Assembly (NCBI GenBank): GCA_963924565.1
Contig: OZ004607.1
Span: 6,448,001-6,512,000, forward strand
Origin: Ascidiella aspersa
Taxonomy: Eukaryota
DNA length: 64,000 bases
Reading direction: 5' to 3'
Shown here: positions 1 to 10,897 of the stretch, one piece after another
How the letters are laid out: every line of letters starts with the position of its first letter
Position numbering within the stretch: position 1 is the stretch's first letter
Program-made: the position numbers and the translations under genes
Notes under the pieces: generated by a model
The model's database searches: none
Seen by the model: only the letters and a program-made list of their open reading frames with translations
Told to the model about the DNA's origin: nothing

Positions 1-19
1 CATTGTACTCGCGTTGCAG

Positions 20-3000
20 ATATTGCTCTCTCGTAATCCCGCCACTACCTCGGCCCTCGTTCTGCCCAACAACATCAACAACAACAACAAAAATAAAGCG
101 ACCTCTGGTGCTGCTGCTTCCAAAACCAACAACAACAACAACAACAATAACAAGTCGGCCGAAAAGCCTGCGCCTGCCGCAACCAAATCAAATCCCGCTG
201 GTGCTGGTGAGTATGCGAATATTGGATGTTTTTGATTCAGTTCTGGTTGCGTTAATCGGGCTTGAACACAACGAATCACGCGTCTTTTCCATGTTCTTAA
301 ACTGAGGTCCATGGACCCCTTGGGGGGTACGCGAACTAACTTTAGGGGTTCCATGAAGCCCTAATTGAAATATTAGTGCATATTTGAAAAGCAATTGTTT
401 TTTTGGAGAAAAGAAATTTTTAAGAAAAGTGTTGAATTAAAAATAAAACGTTTTTTGCACTGAATTTATATTGAGACTCCATTGCGCTTTCACTTTTTTT
501 GGGGACCTGAAACAGCAGATTTTTTAAGTCTATTTGTATTGTGAGATCAATTTTTGCCGTCTTCTTTAAAATTCCTTGCCAACACTGGTTCACGCAAAGC
601 AAAAATATTTTTAGATGTCTGTGGTAAAAAAGTTTTAAGAACCCTGGTCTATTCATATGTGTGATGTAACAATAATTTCGCGCTCTTTCAATTTAAAAAG
701 TCGTCAGTTTAAACACGATTTGGTATCTTACTTTAGCGATCTGAACTGTCAAAATGATTCTGATTGGCACGCAATACTTTCGTCTTCATTTAAATTTCCC
801 TATTTTTTTTCTTCTAGTCCCACGCCTCCCCTTAAAAACAAACGCCACTGTTACGTCACGGCCGCCAAAAGCAGCCCCTGGTGTTCCCCAAGTTGACGAA
901 CCCGAGTTCAACTCGCCTACCGATTCGAATTTGCCCCCGAGTCAAAACGATGACGTCGATTTACCGCAAGCGACGTCCCCCGACACAGATGACGTAAACG
1001 ATGACGACAACACGACCGATGACGTCGCAAACGGTGACGTCACGGAAACGGACATGAGCTGCTTTCAGTTCTTGCAGCAGCTGAACTTGCAACAGCTGGA
1101 GGTGGAATCGGAGTGAGTAGAGTGTGTTCCTTGTTTGTCTTAGGCCGATAATAGGTTCTTTTTCCAAGAAGTACAAGGTAGAGTTGCCTAAAGTTCGTAA
1201 ACAAGGTATACCTTTGTTATACTATATTAAATACAAAGTTTGCATTCCAATAACCATGTTTTATTTAATTATAAACTTTTGTTAGTTTATCTTATTATTA
1301 TTGAATTCGCTATTTATTCAGTTGCTTGTTTTTCAAATAACGATTTTGCTGTCAATACCGATTTATCATTTATTATCGTTTTATCATTCAGTATCGATTT
1401 GGAATTCAATATGTATTTTTTTTTATAAAATATCGATTAATCATCTAATATCAATTTTTTGTTCCAAATTCACACTTTATAACTCAATAATCCACATATT
1501 ATCCTCTCGTTAAGACCGAGTTTGGAAAGCAAAAACGACTTTATACCAGAGCTATTCAGGAATATCAAGTTATCGTTTAATGTTTATTTTATATTCAAAT
1601 TCCTTTTTTATCGTTCGATATAACTAGTTTTCATTCAATATTCATTTCAAATTCAAAATCATTTTTTTTTATTGTTTGGATTTAGACTGAGATCAGAAAA
1701 AAACAGCGACCTTATACGTTTTTTCACTTTTAATATCGATTTCATATTCACATTCCCTATTTTTTCGTTCGTATCAAGCTGAAAAGTAACAACGACTCAA
1801 AACTTTACACGTTTTTACATTCAATATCGATTAATCATTTAATATCGGTTTCATATTTAAATTCCTCTTTTATCCTTCATATCAAGTCGGAAAGCAATAG
1901 CGAACTTCATACATTTTTTACATTCAATATCGATTTATCATTTAATATCGATTTCACATTCATATTCTTCTTTCTATTATTCAGGTCAAGTTCGGAAAGC
2001 AACAGCGAACTTCATACATTTTGTACATTCAATATCGATTTATCATTTAATATCGATTTCACATTCATATTCCTCTTTCTATTATTCAGGTCAAGTTCGG
2101 AAAGCAACAGCGACTCGGAACCCGAGCTGCCACGCGAGGCGTCCTCGTCCGGTGGGAAAACGCGTGCGTCACAAGGCGGAAGTGGCGGACGCAAGAAGAA
2201 GCGCAAGAAGCGACAGCAGCAGCGCGTCAAGGCGATCTCGGCACCGTCCAACGTGCAGGCGGCCAGCATACAGCAGAGGAAAAATGCGGAGGAACAGGCC
2301 GCCAAAGAGGCGCTGAGCAAGCCGAAGGTAAGTTGTGAAAATTTATTGTTGGATCGTGTCACATACTGGTCGTTTTTTCTTTGCTGAAAGACAATTGGTA
2401 TAATAGAGGTACGGCGAGAATTTTTCTTTCTTATGAATGCCACTCTACATGTTAGTAGCTATTTTTTATCTGATAAATTCTAGCTTATACCAATCATAAC
2501 TTAATAGACACAAAATTGAGTGTAAAGTTGCCTTTTTTCGCGTAGCATCCAGTCAACTACCCGGGCTTCGTCAACAAGTACGCCAACCGCAGCAACGGGG
2601 GAATCCCCATATTCGCGCAGGAGCGAATCAAGGAAAGAGCGGCAAGAAGGTAAGGACAAAAATCGATTTTAGAATATATCTTAGAATATGGAGCATAATG
2701 GTTGGAGAATTTAGCTAGGCGTAGGAAAAATATCATTTAAGAATAGATGGCATTTTGCCCATATAGAAGTTGGACGTATTAAGAATATTATATAAGAGTA
2801 TAGGTAGCATTGTGCCCATGTAGGAGTTGGACGTAGTAAAAATATTATATAAGAGTATAGGTAGCATTGTGCCCATGTAGGAGTTGGACGTAGTAAGAAT
2901 ATTATATAGACGTGGTAGCCATTTCTAACGTTTTGAATATATCTTTATTCATTTTTCGAAACGTGCAATATTCTACCTACTTCTATATAGGCTTTGATAT

Positions 3001-6000
3001 TCTTACTGCGTTTTTAGAATACATTTTATGAGCAAAAGGAGCTCACAGTCGGACGACCTTACTTACCAATTTGAATAGTTCTTATGACAAGGTGAACTTG
3101 GAAATGACTTGCTCTAATTATTACTTGACTTGTTATTGATTTAAAAAGGCTTGGCTTGAACTTAAGTTATTTTACAAATGTGTTAACTGAAGCTTAAGTC
3201 ATTTCAAAATGACTTGTTTATAACACTGGAGTGTAGTTTTCGATTTTGGAGTCTAACTACAGTATACATTCTGTAGTATATCATTCTACAACTGATTACT
3301 TGGGGACAGTTTGAAGCTACGATTTTATCCCATTTGTTAACCTGTATTGATCTCCGACAGATTAGCGGAGCTGAAATTAGCCGAGGAGGACCGAAGACAA
3401 CAGGAGCATCAGTTGAGGCAGCAACTTCTCATGGCTGGCATCCAGGACGGACCCAGTGTCACTTACGAGATACAAGTAAGTCCTTTATGCAGTATTTCTG
3501 AACCAGTGGGTCGCCACCCAAAACTGGGTCGCCGACTACAGTAGTTTATGAGGGCAGATTTATTGAGAAGATTATGAGCTAGTATTACCCGAAATTTGAG
3601 AAAATTGAGAAAGCAACACGACGATATGACTTAATTTAATCAAATTCGAATGTTTTTATCCTATTTGTCTTATGTTGAACCATAACGTTAAATGAATAGC
3701 ATCGGGTCGACAAATCTTCACTGTTTTACTTTGTTTAAAAATTGTTTTACTTTTAAGCTTAGCTGTTCTACGTAAAAGGGTTGAGACTGACTTAATATGT
3801 CACTATCTGCTTTACCAGATCAAATATTTTACCTAAAATGGTTTAGACCAGGGATGTCCAACCTTTTAGCAGAGTGGGCCGCATTGCCACTTTAAAAATT
3901 TCGATGGGCCGCCAAACCTCTCAAATTAAAGGGGTGACGTCATAAGTTACGTCATATCGTGACATCATAAAACAATTTACCTTATAAACACCCGCTCTTG
4001 GAGAGTGAACTTATGCGCGAATATGCAAGTAATCTCAACCTTATTTATTAGTTTTATTATGGCGAAGCGCGAAAATTTGAGATTTTTCATCTTTGGGCTG
4101 ATACATTTCCTTAAAACGGTCCGGAAACATACACATTTAGAAAAACACACATCTTGCTTAGCAATGGTGTGTGCACAAAGTGTTCGATGGATGTTTAAAT
4201 GCGACATTAGACTCGATTATAAAAAACACAAGATTATGCCTATACATCAAATACTGCGCGATCTTCACGTTTTGATGATATTCGAAACAACTGTTTTTAA
4301 TAAAGGTTACTGAAAGTGACAATAAGTGGTGGGCCGCACGTAAATGTCAGGCGGGCCGCAGGTTGGACATCCCTGGTTTAGACTGACTTAATATGTCACT
4401 ATCTGCTTAACCAGATCAAATATTTTGCTCAATATGATGTGTTAATTTTATATTGGATTAGGCCATATTGTCATTCCATTAGGTCTAGATTTTTTCAGTA
4501 TTGTTCTTATCACAAAAATACCTTGAATTGGTAGGTATTCTTGTGTCGTCTGATTTCAAAGCTAAAAACCGAAGTGTATGTCAGGTGTAGCTTGCGACGT
4601 AAAAACTGTTTTCAAATGGAAGGCAAAATTAAGTAAAAATGCGTCTAACAAATAAAACTTTGAGCCCTGATCTAACCAAGATATTATTACGTAGTAAGAA
4701 TATCAAAGCCCATGCAGAAGTATATGTAGCGTTTTAAACGTTTCGAATAACTCTTTATTCGTTCAAAGTGACGCCTACTTCTGTATAGGCTTTGATAATC
4801 TTCCTACGTAATAATATCTTCGTTATGGGCACAAACCAACCATTATGCTCTGAAGATATTATTGTTTCGTTTTTATGTCCACGTATTTTACGATTCTTGT
4901 GTAAAACCTTAGCAAGTTTTCCGGACGGACAAGCGACACTTAAGCGTTTAACGTTATTTCTCTTTGCTGTGGCATTTTAGAGTTGTCGTTATTTTTGACA
5001 GGGTTCGAGCGAGTCTGAAGGCCACAACGGATACTCGGAAGTGTGCGGGGTTCGCTACAAGGTGGCGAAAGATCAGCCGAGAAAGTAAGCGCCGCTAGTA
5101 GTGCCGACTTAACGTAATGTACAGCCACTACATGTCACAGGACACCGCGTTTCTATCGGCATTTTACTAAGTATGAAGTATGAAGTGGATTTGAACCACA
5201 AAAACGCCACAGGTGCAAAGTATAAATTTTGGATCACATGGTCGATCGTAAAGGTTCCAAAATACTCAATGTTTTCACCCAGGGCTGCGAAGTCAGTTAA
5301 AAATAACCCAACTCCGGCTTAATTTGCGAATTTGTTGAATCCGGCTCCCACTCTACAGCCTTTTTTACTAACAGAAGGTGTATATTTAGCAATCCCCTCA
5401 TAGGGGTGTCGTACGGTTTATTCACCCGCAATACATGGTTGGAAAATATTCAACCTTATATCATATTCAACTTTTATAAATTACAGTTTGCATACGTTTT
5501 TAAAATTCATGAGTTTCAAATTTTATTACTGCGCAAGCGCACAGCGGACTCGAGAATCGGGTGGTTTACGAAGTCTTACTAGATTCCGAGTCCGAATCCG
5601 ACCCCGCAGCCTTACTTCAATCAACACCAGTTGTTTATGATTCTACAAATTTTAACACCCTCAGCACATTGGACAATACGTTTTGCGCATTTTTAAACAG
5701 TTACTTTATTGGCATTTAAGTTTTTAATCGCAATACTTCAAGCTTGAGCCAGCACCTTCTGTCGAATACCTCCCTACATGGAGTAAAAAAGACATCTTTA
5801 AAATATATAATATTTTTCTAATGTGAAACAAACATGTATAATATCACAGCGCCCCAAAACGACTTTTTACTGAAAACAGAATGCGGAACCAACAAAGTAA
5901 TAACCCCAGGTCATTCCACTCTGGGTTCAATCGTGAAAGTCTCGTGCGAAGGCCCACAGCATTCCGAAAAAAGTCCTTGTTATGCCCCATCAGCCTCTTC

Positions 6001-7687
6001 CAGCCTTTCTACCCCAAACCCATAAACCATGTAACTTTATAATACTTAAATGATCCATTCAAACCCCCCTGCATTGTTCTGCACAGGGTCCAGTACATGG
6101 TGTACAACCCCTACCGTTCGGGGTCCCCTACTTCGTCTAACCCCGACCCCCGACCCATGGTTACGATGCGCTTTTCGCCCCCCACCCAGCTACGACGACG
6201 TAACGCAGACGAGTTGCCCTTCGCCGACCAACAGAAGGCTGTAAACGGCAACGATGGTGGACAGCACAGGTCGGACATCTACACAGCTTACCGCGTCCAA
6301 GCTCCCGGTAAAGTTTAAGTTTTGGCTTTTAACTACTGAACTTAGAGCAATGGTTCCGGCCTTTTGGGGCTTAAGGCTCTCTTTGTAAAATATAAACAGT
6401 TCGCGACAACCTGACTAGCGTTTTCGCCAAGTGGTTAGTTGTGGTGTCACACCAACCTCACTTTTACCATTGTACATCAACTGTACACAAGGGAGAAAAA
6501 TATTCTCGATTTGTTGCACTCCAATCAAACATAAAAAATTCATTGAAGACTATTGAATTTTTTTCCATTCAGTTAATTTTTTTCCTTTATTGATTGTTCA
6601 ACATCTAAATAATAACTTAGTCATAAATAACCCCCGATTGTGTCAAGATTTTCCTGGTAAAGGTCTGCCTAATACAATGGTAAAACGAGGTTGTTCATTG
6701 ATTTTTTTTGCTTATAAAGCCGGGCGCCTTTCCAACCAGCGAGTTCTAAACAGCCTTACCGAGATGTCCGACTCCACCGGCTCGCCCACTGAGCCTTCCA
6801 GCAGCCAGGCAAGTGACGTCACGCCTGCTATCAATGACGTCACAGCGGCGGCGGGGACCAAGGCCGGCGAGGAGAGTTCCCCGGACGGCGACAAGTTCGA
6901 GCCGCGCTCGGTGGTGGTTCCCCTGCAGAAGTACAGCCTGTCGGTGAAGAAGCCCTGGCATCACAACAACAGGACCACTCAGTTCGCGCCGGCGACGACT
7001 CGCGACCCCGAAATCGGCGGGGAAACGAGCGCCGAATCCCCGCCGGCGCGCGAATGCCACCCGAACGTCTCCGAGCTGGTGCTACCGCCCAGCATGGACC
7101 TGAGCGACGTGATGACTGCGCACATGCGCTACCCGGCCCAGGTGCACCGTGTCGAGGCCATGAAGCCGCAAAACCGCGGGCGAACGGTGTCGCGAGGCCC
7201 GCCGATGGTTTTTGGCGAGCCGGTCGTGATGAGCCAGAAGCTAGACGGCCCCCCAGCGCAGCCCCTACCCCCGCCAATGGCGGCGCCGCGCCGGGTTGAG
7301 CCGCGTGCCTTTGTGCGTTCGGCCTCATTTGCAAGCTTCGATGGCGCGAGAGTGGATATGGCGCTGCGCAACCGTCGCGAGCTGACGCTGGACGCTGATT
7401 TCGCGCCTACTGAGCACTCGAAGAAAACCAGCAGCAGCTACGAAGCCCAGCTTCTTGCCACGCAAAGTCTGGATGCCGAAAGCGACCCCGCCGCTTCCGA
7501 AAGGGCCAGGGCGCCCGGGAAAAGGCCGCGCGCCGTTCCGCAGTTCGTGGCGGTGACGCCCAGCAGCAAGAACATCACTTTCTCGACTCGGGAGGCGAAG
7601 GGAGCAGAAATGAGCGGAGTGGGAGGCGAAGGAGCTGAGGGACAGAGCGAAGCCGGAGGTCGACAGCAGCCCTTCACTGTTAGATAG
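20..7687 (+). CDS. Multi-exon gene, 5'-truncated by the window; uncharacterised low-complexity protein. Exons: 20-206, 818-1112, 2090-2327, 2546-2649, 3361-3475, 5002-5084, 6087-6307, 6720-7687 (TAG)
   Basis: All junctions are GT..AG and the phases chain in frame (0/1/2/0/2/0/2/1). Exons are GC-richer than introns and match ORF-track segments 14..235, 754..1116, 3347..3544, 6097..6318 and 6590..7687. The protein has poly-Asn, an acidic tract, an RKKKRKKR basic patch and a short coiled-coil-like stretch. The last acceptor (AAG at 6717-6719) is the weakest. Confidence 0.8.
65..152 (+). repeat. Coding (AAC)n microsatellites giving two poly-Asn tracts
   Basis: aacaacatcaacaacaacaac and aacaacaacaacaacaacaacaataac lie within the first visible exon. 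Confidence 0.85.
289..646. mobile_element. Degenerate hAT-like MITE; a related 5' part occurs at ~21509-21720
   Basis: Left end ccatgttcttaaactgaggtccatggacccc and right end tttaagaaccctg are imperfect inverted repeats; ccaggagttcttaaactgaggtccatag at ~21508 is homologous. Confidence 0.55.
1360..2112 (+). repeat. Degenerate ~105-bp tandem repeat built from the 3' splice site region of exon 2090
   Basis: The unit ...aatatcgatt...tc(a)ggtcaagttcggaaagcaacagcga recurs at ~1515, ~1685, ~1775, ~1880, 1981 and 2086, with similarity rising toward the exon. Confidence 0.75.
2715..2910 (+). repeat. ~59-bp tandem repeat, 3-4 copies, in an intron
   Basis: gttggacgtagtaa(g/a)aatattatataagagtataggtagcattgtgcccatgtagga is repeated. 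Confidence 0.85.
3849..4375. mobile_element. hAT-superfamily MITE with perfect 8-bp TSD
   Basis: TIR CAGGGATGTCCAACCT...AGGTTGGACATCCCTG, subterminal gggccgca motifs, TSD GTTTAGAC at 3841-3848 and 4376-4383. Confidence 0.92.
4688..4810. mobile_element. ~120-bp hairpin (MITE-like) element; other copies at ~2888-3011 and ~19487-19603
   Basis: acgtagtaagaatatcaaagccc...ggctttgataatcttcctacgt inverted ends; shared core aacgtttcgaata. Confidence 0.7.
5280..5614. mobile_element. Degenerate CAGGGCTGCGGAGTC-type MITE
   Basis: cagggctgcgaagtc...ccgaccccgcagcctt ends; internal tactgcgcaagcgca is the reverse-complement homologue of the 8999-9415 element. Confidence 0.6.
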
Positions 7688-7915
7688 TTAGCGCCCGGCA
7701 GTTCCACGCCTTTGGTCGAGTGTTTTTCTTAAGCAGCCCTGAATACCACCCAATTGACTTCTAGTCATGTGCTTGCATTCAATTCAACCGCGAACCCTTC
7801 ACTGTTAGATAGTTGGCGCCCTGGGCGATCTCACGCTTATGGTCGAGTGTCTTTCTAACTGCAGCAACGAATTATGTTCTAGTGATGTGCTGGCATTCAC
7901 GTCAAACACGAGTAT
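7669..7915 (+). repeat. Diverged ~125-bp tandem duplication spanning the stop codon of the + gene
   Basis: cccttcactgttagatagtt(a/g)gcgccc...tggtcgagtgt...ttctagt(c/g)atgtgct(t/g)gcattca at ~7670 and ~7795. Confidence 0.85.
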
Positions 7916-8998
7916 TTGCCTCGGTACGAGTATAGCCGTTTTCTGTTACTCAGTAGAGTCGAGTAAATTTGCCATTTTGACCGAGTTGCTAAGGTAAAGC
8001 TTGTGCCTTTTTCTTACAAACATGCGAAACGAACATTTCATTTAGCAGGAAATGAAAAAGACAAATTGCACATTTGAGATCAATTTTTGAAACGAATTGC
8101 CTTTCTATAACTTCAATATTACCGTCTTTCAAATCGCAAAATAGCGTCGCAATTGAAATTCGGGTACACAGAAGCTTCTAGTATTTTCAGCATATCGTGT
8201 CCCACTAAAGGCGCAACTATAATTTTTGTGTCTTACTAATTATTCCATGCTAGCAGCGAAAACAAAATAACGTTTCCCTTTGCATACGAATCCGCCCTAT
8301 GGGGTTTAAGGACACGCCTCTGCCTTATCTTGTTTGTAGCTGAAGTTTTCAGTAAAAGCACATTTCTCTTACCAAGTTCGTCAGCAAAACTTTAACCAAA
8401 TTGTCCGAGAAATTGTAAAATAAGCATAGATCATTTTTAAGTTATCGCCAAAGCTACCTTCAAATCGAGTAAATTGGTTTTCGCTATGCACTTATCAAAT
8501 CGAGGTTGAAACTATTTTCTGTTAGCGCGTATACTGTCTGCTCATATTGGGCCCGTTCTTGTTTGTTCCTATTTATTAAAGCCTATATATTTTTCTATAT
8601 TGCGACGCTTGTTTATTTCGTATTAAATTCCCGTTATTCAAGACCTTTCATTAAGGTTGATGCCATTTACAGACGAGAAGCAAAAAAACACTGTGAGCCA
8701 AAAACTCTGTAACAAGGCCCTAGGATTCTTAAAAATATGTTAATTTAAAGGAAGGAATTTCCGCTCAGGTGGAATCGTAGCCAATACCGGATGCCAAGTG
8801 ATCGCTTATTGGCAGTCGTCCGATGCTCGGGTTATATCATTGCCGAACCAAATAAGATTGATTTTTGTACAGAATCCTCGGTTTAAATCCATCTCAGATT
8901 TTTTACCTTGAAAGTTGTATATAGAGCAAATCGAGGTAGTGTTTGCGGCCATGGTTCCGAAATTGTTATTGCGCAAGTGCATGTCGACTGCTTTGAAG

Positions 8999-9415
8999 CA
9001 GGACTGCGGAGGACTTTGGACTCGGGACTCGACAGAGTCGGTTTGTTTTGCCGGAGTCGGACTCGGGACTCGAGTTAGACCGCGTAAAACTACCCGATTC
9101 CAGAGTCCGACTTGCGCATGCGCAGTATCAAATTTTAAAACTGTTAAGGCGGCAAAATGTAGGTTGTAAAAGTGTAATAGCCAATGGTTAAATGTTTTTA
9201 AACCATGTAATGCGGGTGGATCAATTATGACACCAATATGAGTGAATTGCAGAAAATCCACCTTAATTTAGTTGCGTAAATCGGTAAAATACATGCTGTA
9301 GAGTCCGAGCTGGACTTGGGACTCGATAAAATCTTACATTTGGCCAGAGTCGGACTCGGGTGTATTTTTTTGGCCGGTCGGACTCGTTTTTTTTTTACCC
9401 GACTCCGCAGCCCTG
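8999..9415. mobile_element. CAGGGCTGCGGAGTC-type MITE with GGACTCGG subterminal repeats
   Basis: caggactgcggag...ccgactccgcagccctg TIRs and many gactcgg/ggagtcgg motifs; fragments of the family recur at ~23380-23475 and in every arm of the array. Confidence 0.8.
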
Positions 9416-10454
9416 CTGTAGTGTTATACGGAGACATATTTCCTTTGTTCTGACCTCTGCCGAATAAAACCGACTTCGTCAGGTCCCCAGTCCATACCTA
9501 CCCCTACAACGTAACCCTATACTTTTCTTTCCAACTTTTCTTTTTTCGTGTCGGACAGCTGTACTTTTTGCTCAAAACATTGTCTATTAGTATCAGAATA
9601 AACTAACAAGTGTCGAAAATTCCCTTCTTCTGGCCAACATATTTGTTTAACACTTCAACTAAGACTGGAAAAGTTAAAGAAATGATAAGCAATAGACACA
9701 TATAACCCTACTTAAACCAATAATTATCAAATGTAAATATTTTCAAAATAGTTTATTTCCACTCTCACTCGAACACACCTAAAGCGCAGATCAGCACAAC
9801 ACTATTCTGATTGATAGAAAAACACCGAATTTTCCACGAACAAGAAAAAACAAAGCTTTTCCAAAGCCACACATAACAAATTAAAAAAAAGCAAAATTTT
9901 TGTACAAATGGCTTTTGGGTTTTTTACCTAAACACGTAGCACACCGATTCGCAAACATTTCTCAAAAAACATCTAAGAATGATACAAAGGTTTATATAGT
10001 TTCAAAAACCGCTTTTCCTTTTATGAACTTAAATATTAGAAAAAAAAATAAGAAAAAGTTTTATCGTTATACAATTCGCCCCCAAAGAAACTTATATGTT
10101 TAAATTCCAAGTATACCATGTTTTATAAAACCAAGCATAATTTTCATTTTATGTATACGTACATCACTACCATTATATATATAGTATTAAGCTAAAGGAG
10201 GGCCAAAAAAAGCCTTAAGATACAGACATGTGCCGACAAATGCAGCAAATGGAGTTTCTTTGACCTCGAAGCGACAAGGACGCGAATTACGTCCGAAAAA
10301 CATTGAGTCTTATTTACAACGGTGCGACTCTCGACAAACTTTACAAAATCAAATTGGACTAAAGTTCACAACATCGACAACGAAAAGAGGCGACGTCCGC
10401 AAAACAGAAAACTACACGAAACGAAGCCAGGCGTCTGTGCAAAGGCCATAGAAA

Positions 10455-10897
10455 AAATTCGTTTGTAGCAACCAGGCGAGATTAGAACAGAACAAATCGT
10501 GTCCAGCAAAAAAAGCGAAAATTGGAACAGGAACTTGAATCATTCGATATCGAGCTGGTTTCTAATCCCAGAAGAAAAACACAAAAAAGCAAAAAAAAAA
10601 TTAAAAAAGGCACTCGTCGATGGAACAGGAACTTGAATCTTTCAAATAATTTCGAGATCGAATCGGTTTCTAATCCCAGCAGAACAACACAAATTTTGAT
10701 CAGAAAGAAAAAGCGAAAATCGATAAAATGCGCTCGTTTACGGAACAGTAACTTGAATAATTCGAGATCGAGCTGGTTTCTGATTCCAGCAGAAAAACGC
10801 AAATTGTGTCCAGAATAAAAAGCAAAATCGAAAAAAAACGCTATTATATGGAACAGGAACTTGAATGATTCGAGATCTATCCGGTTTCTAATCCCAG
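10455..10897. repeat. ~110-bp degenerate tandem repeat, about 4 copies, anchored on the stop codon of the second ODF3-like exon
   Basis: ggaacaggaacttgaat...ttcgagatc...ggtttctaatcccag at ~10523, ~10622, ~10742 and ~10850. Confidence 0.8.

Noticed and set aside
6590-6719. N-terminal part of the 365-aa ORF
   Set aside because: AT-rich intron sequence upstream of the acceptor at 6719; the antisense ORFs at 6712-7707 are shadows
10522-10818. 98-aa and 106-aa ORFs
   Set aside because: Translations of the 3' UTR tandem repeat
10455-10897. CRISPR-like appearance of regularly spaced motifs here and at 2715-2910
   Set aside because: Eukaryotic context; the intervening sequences are homologous rather than unique spacers; no cas genes
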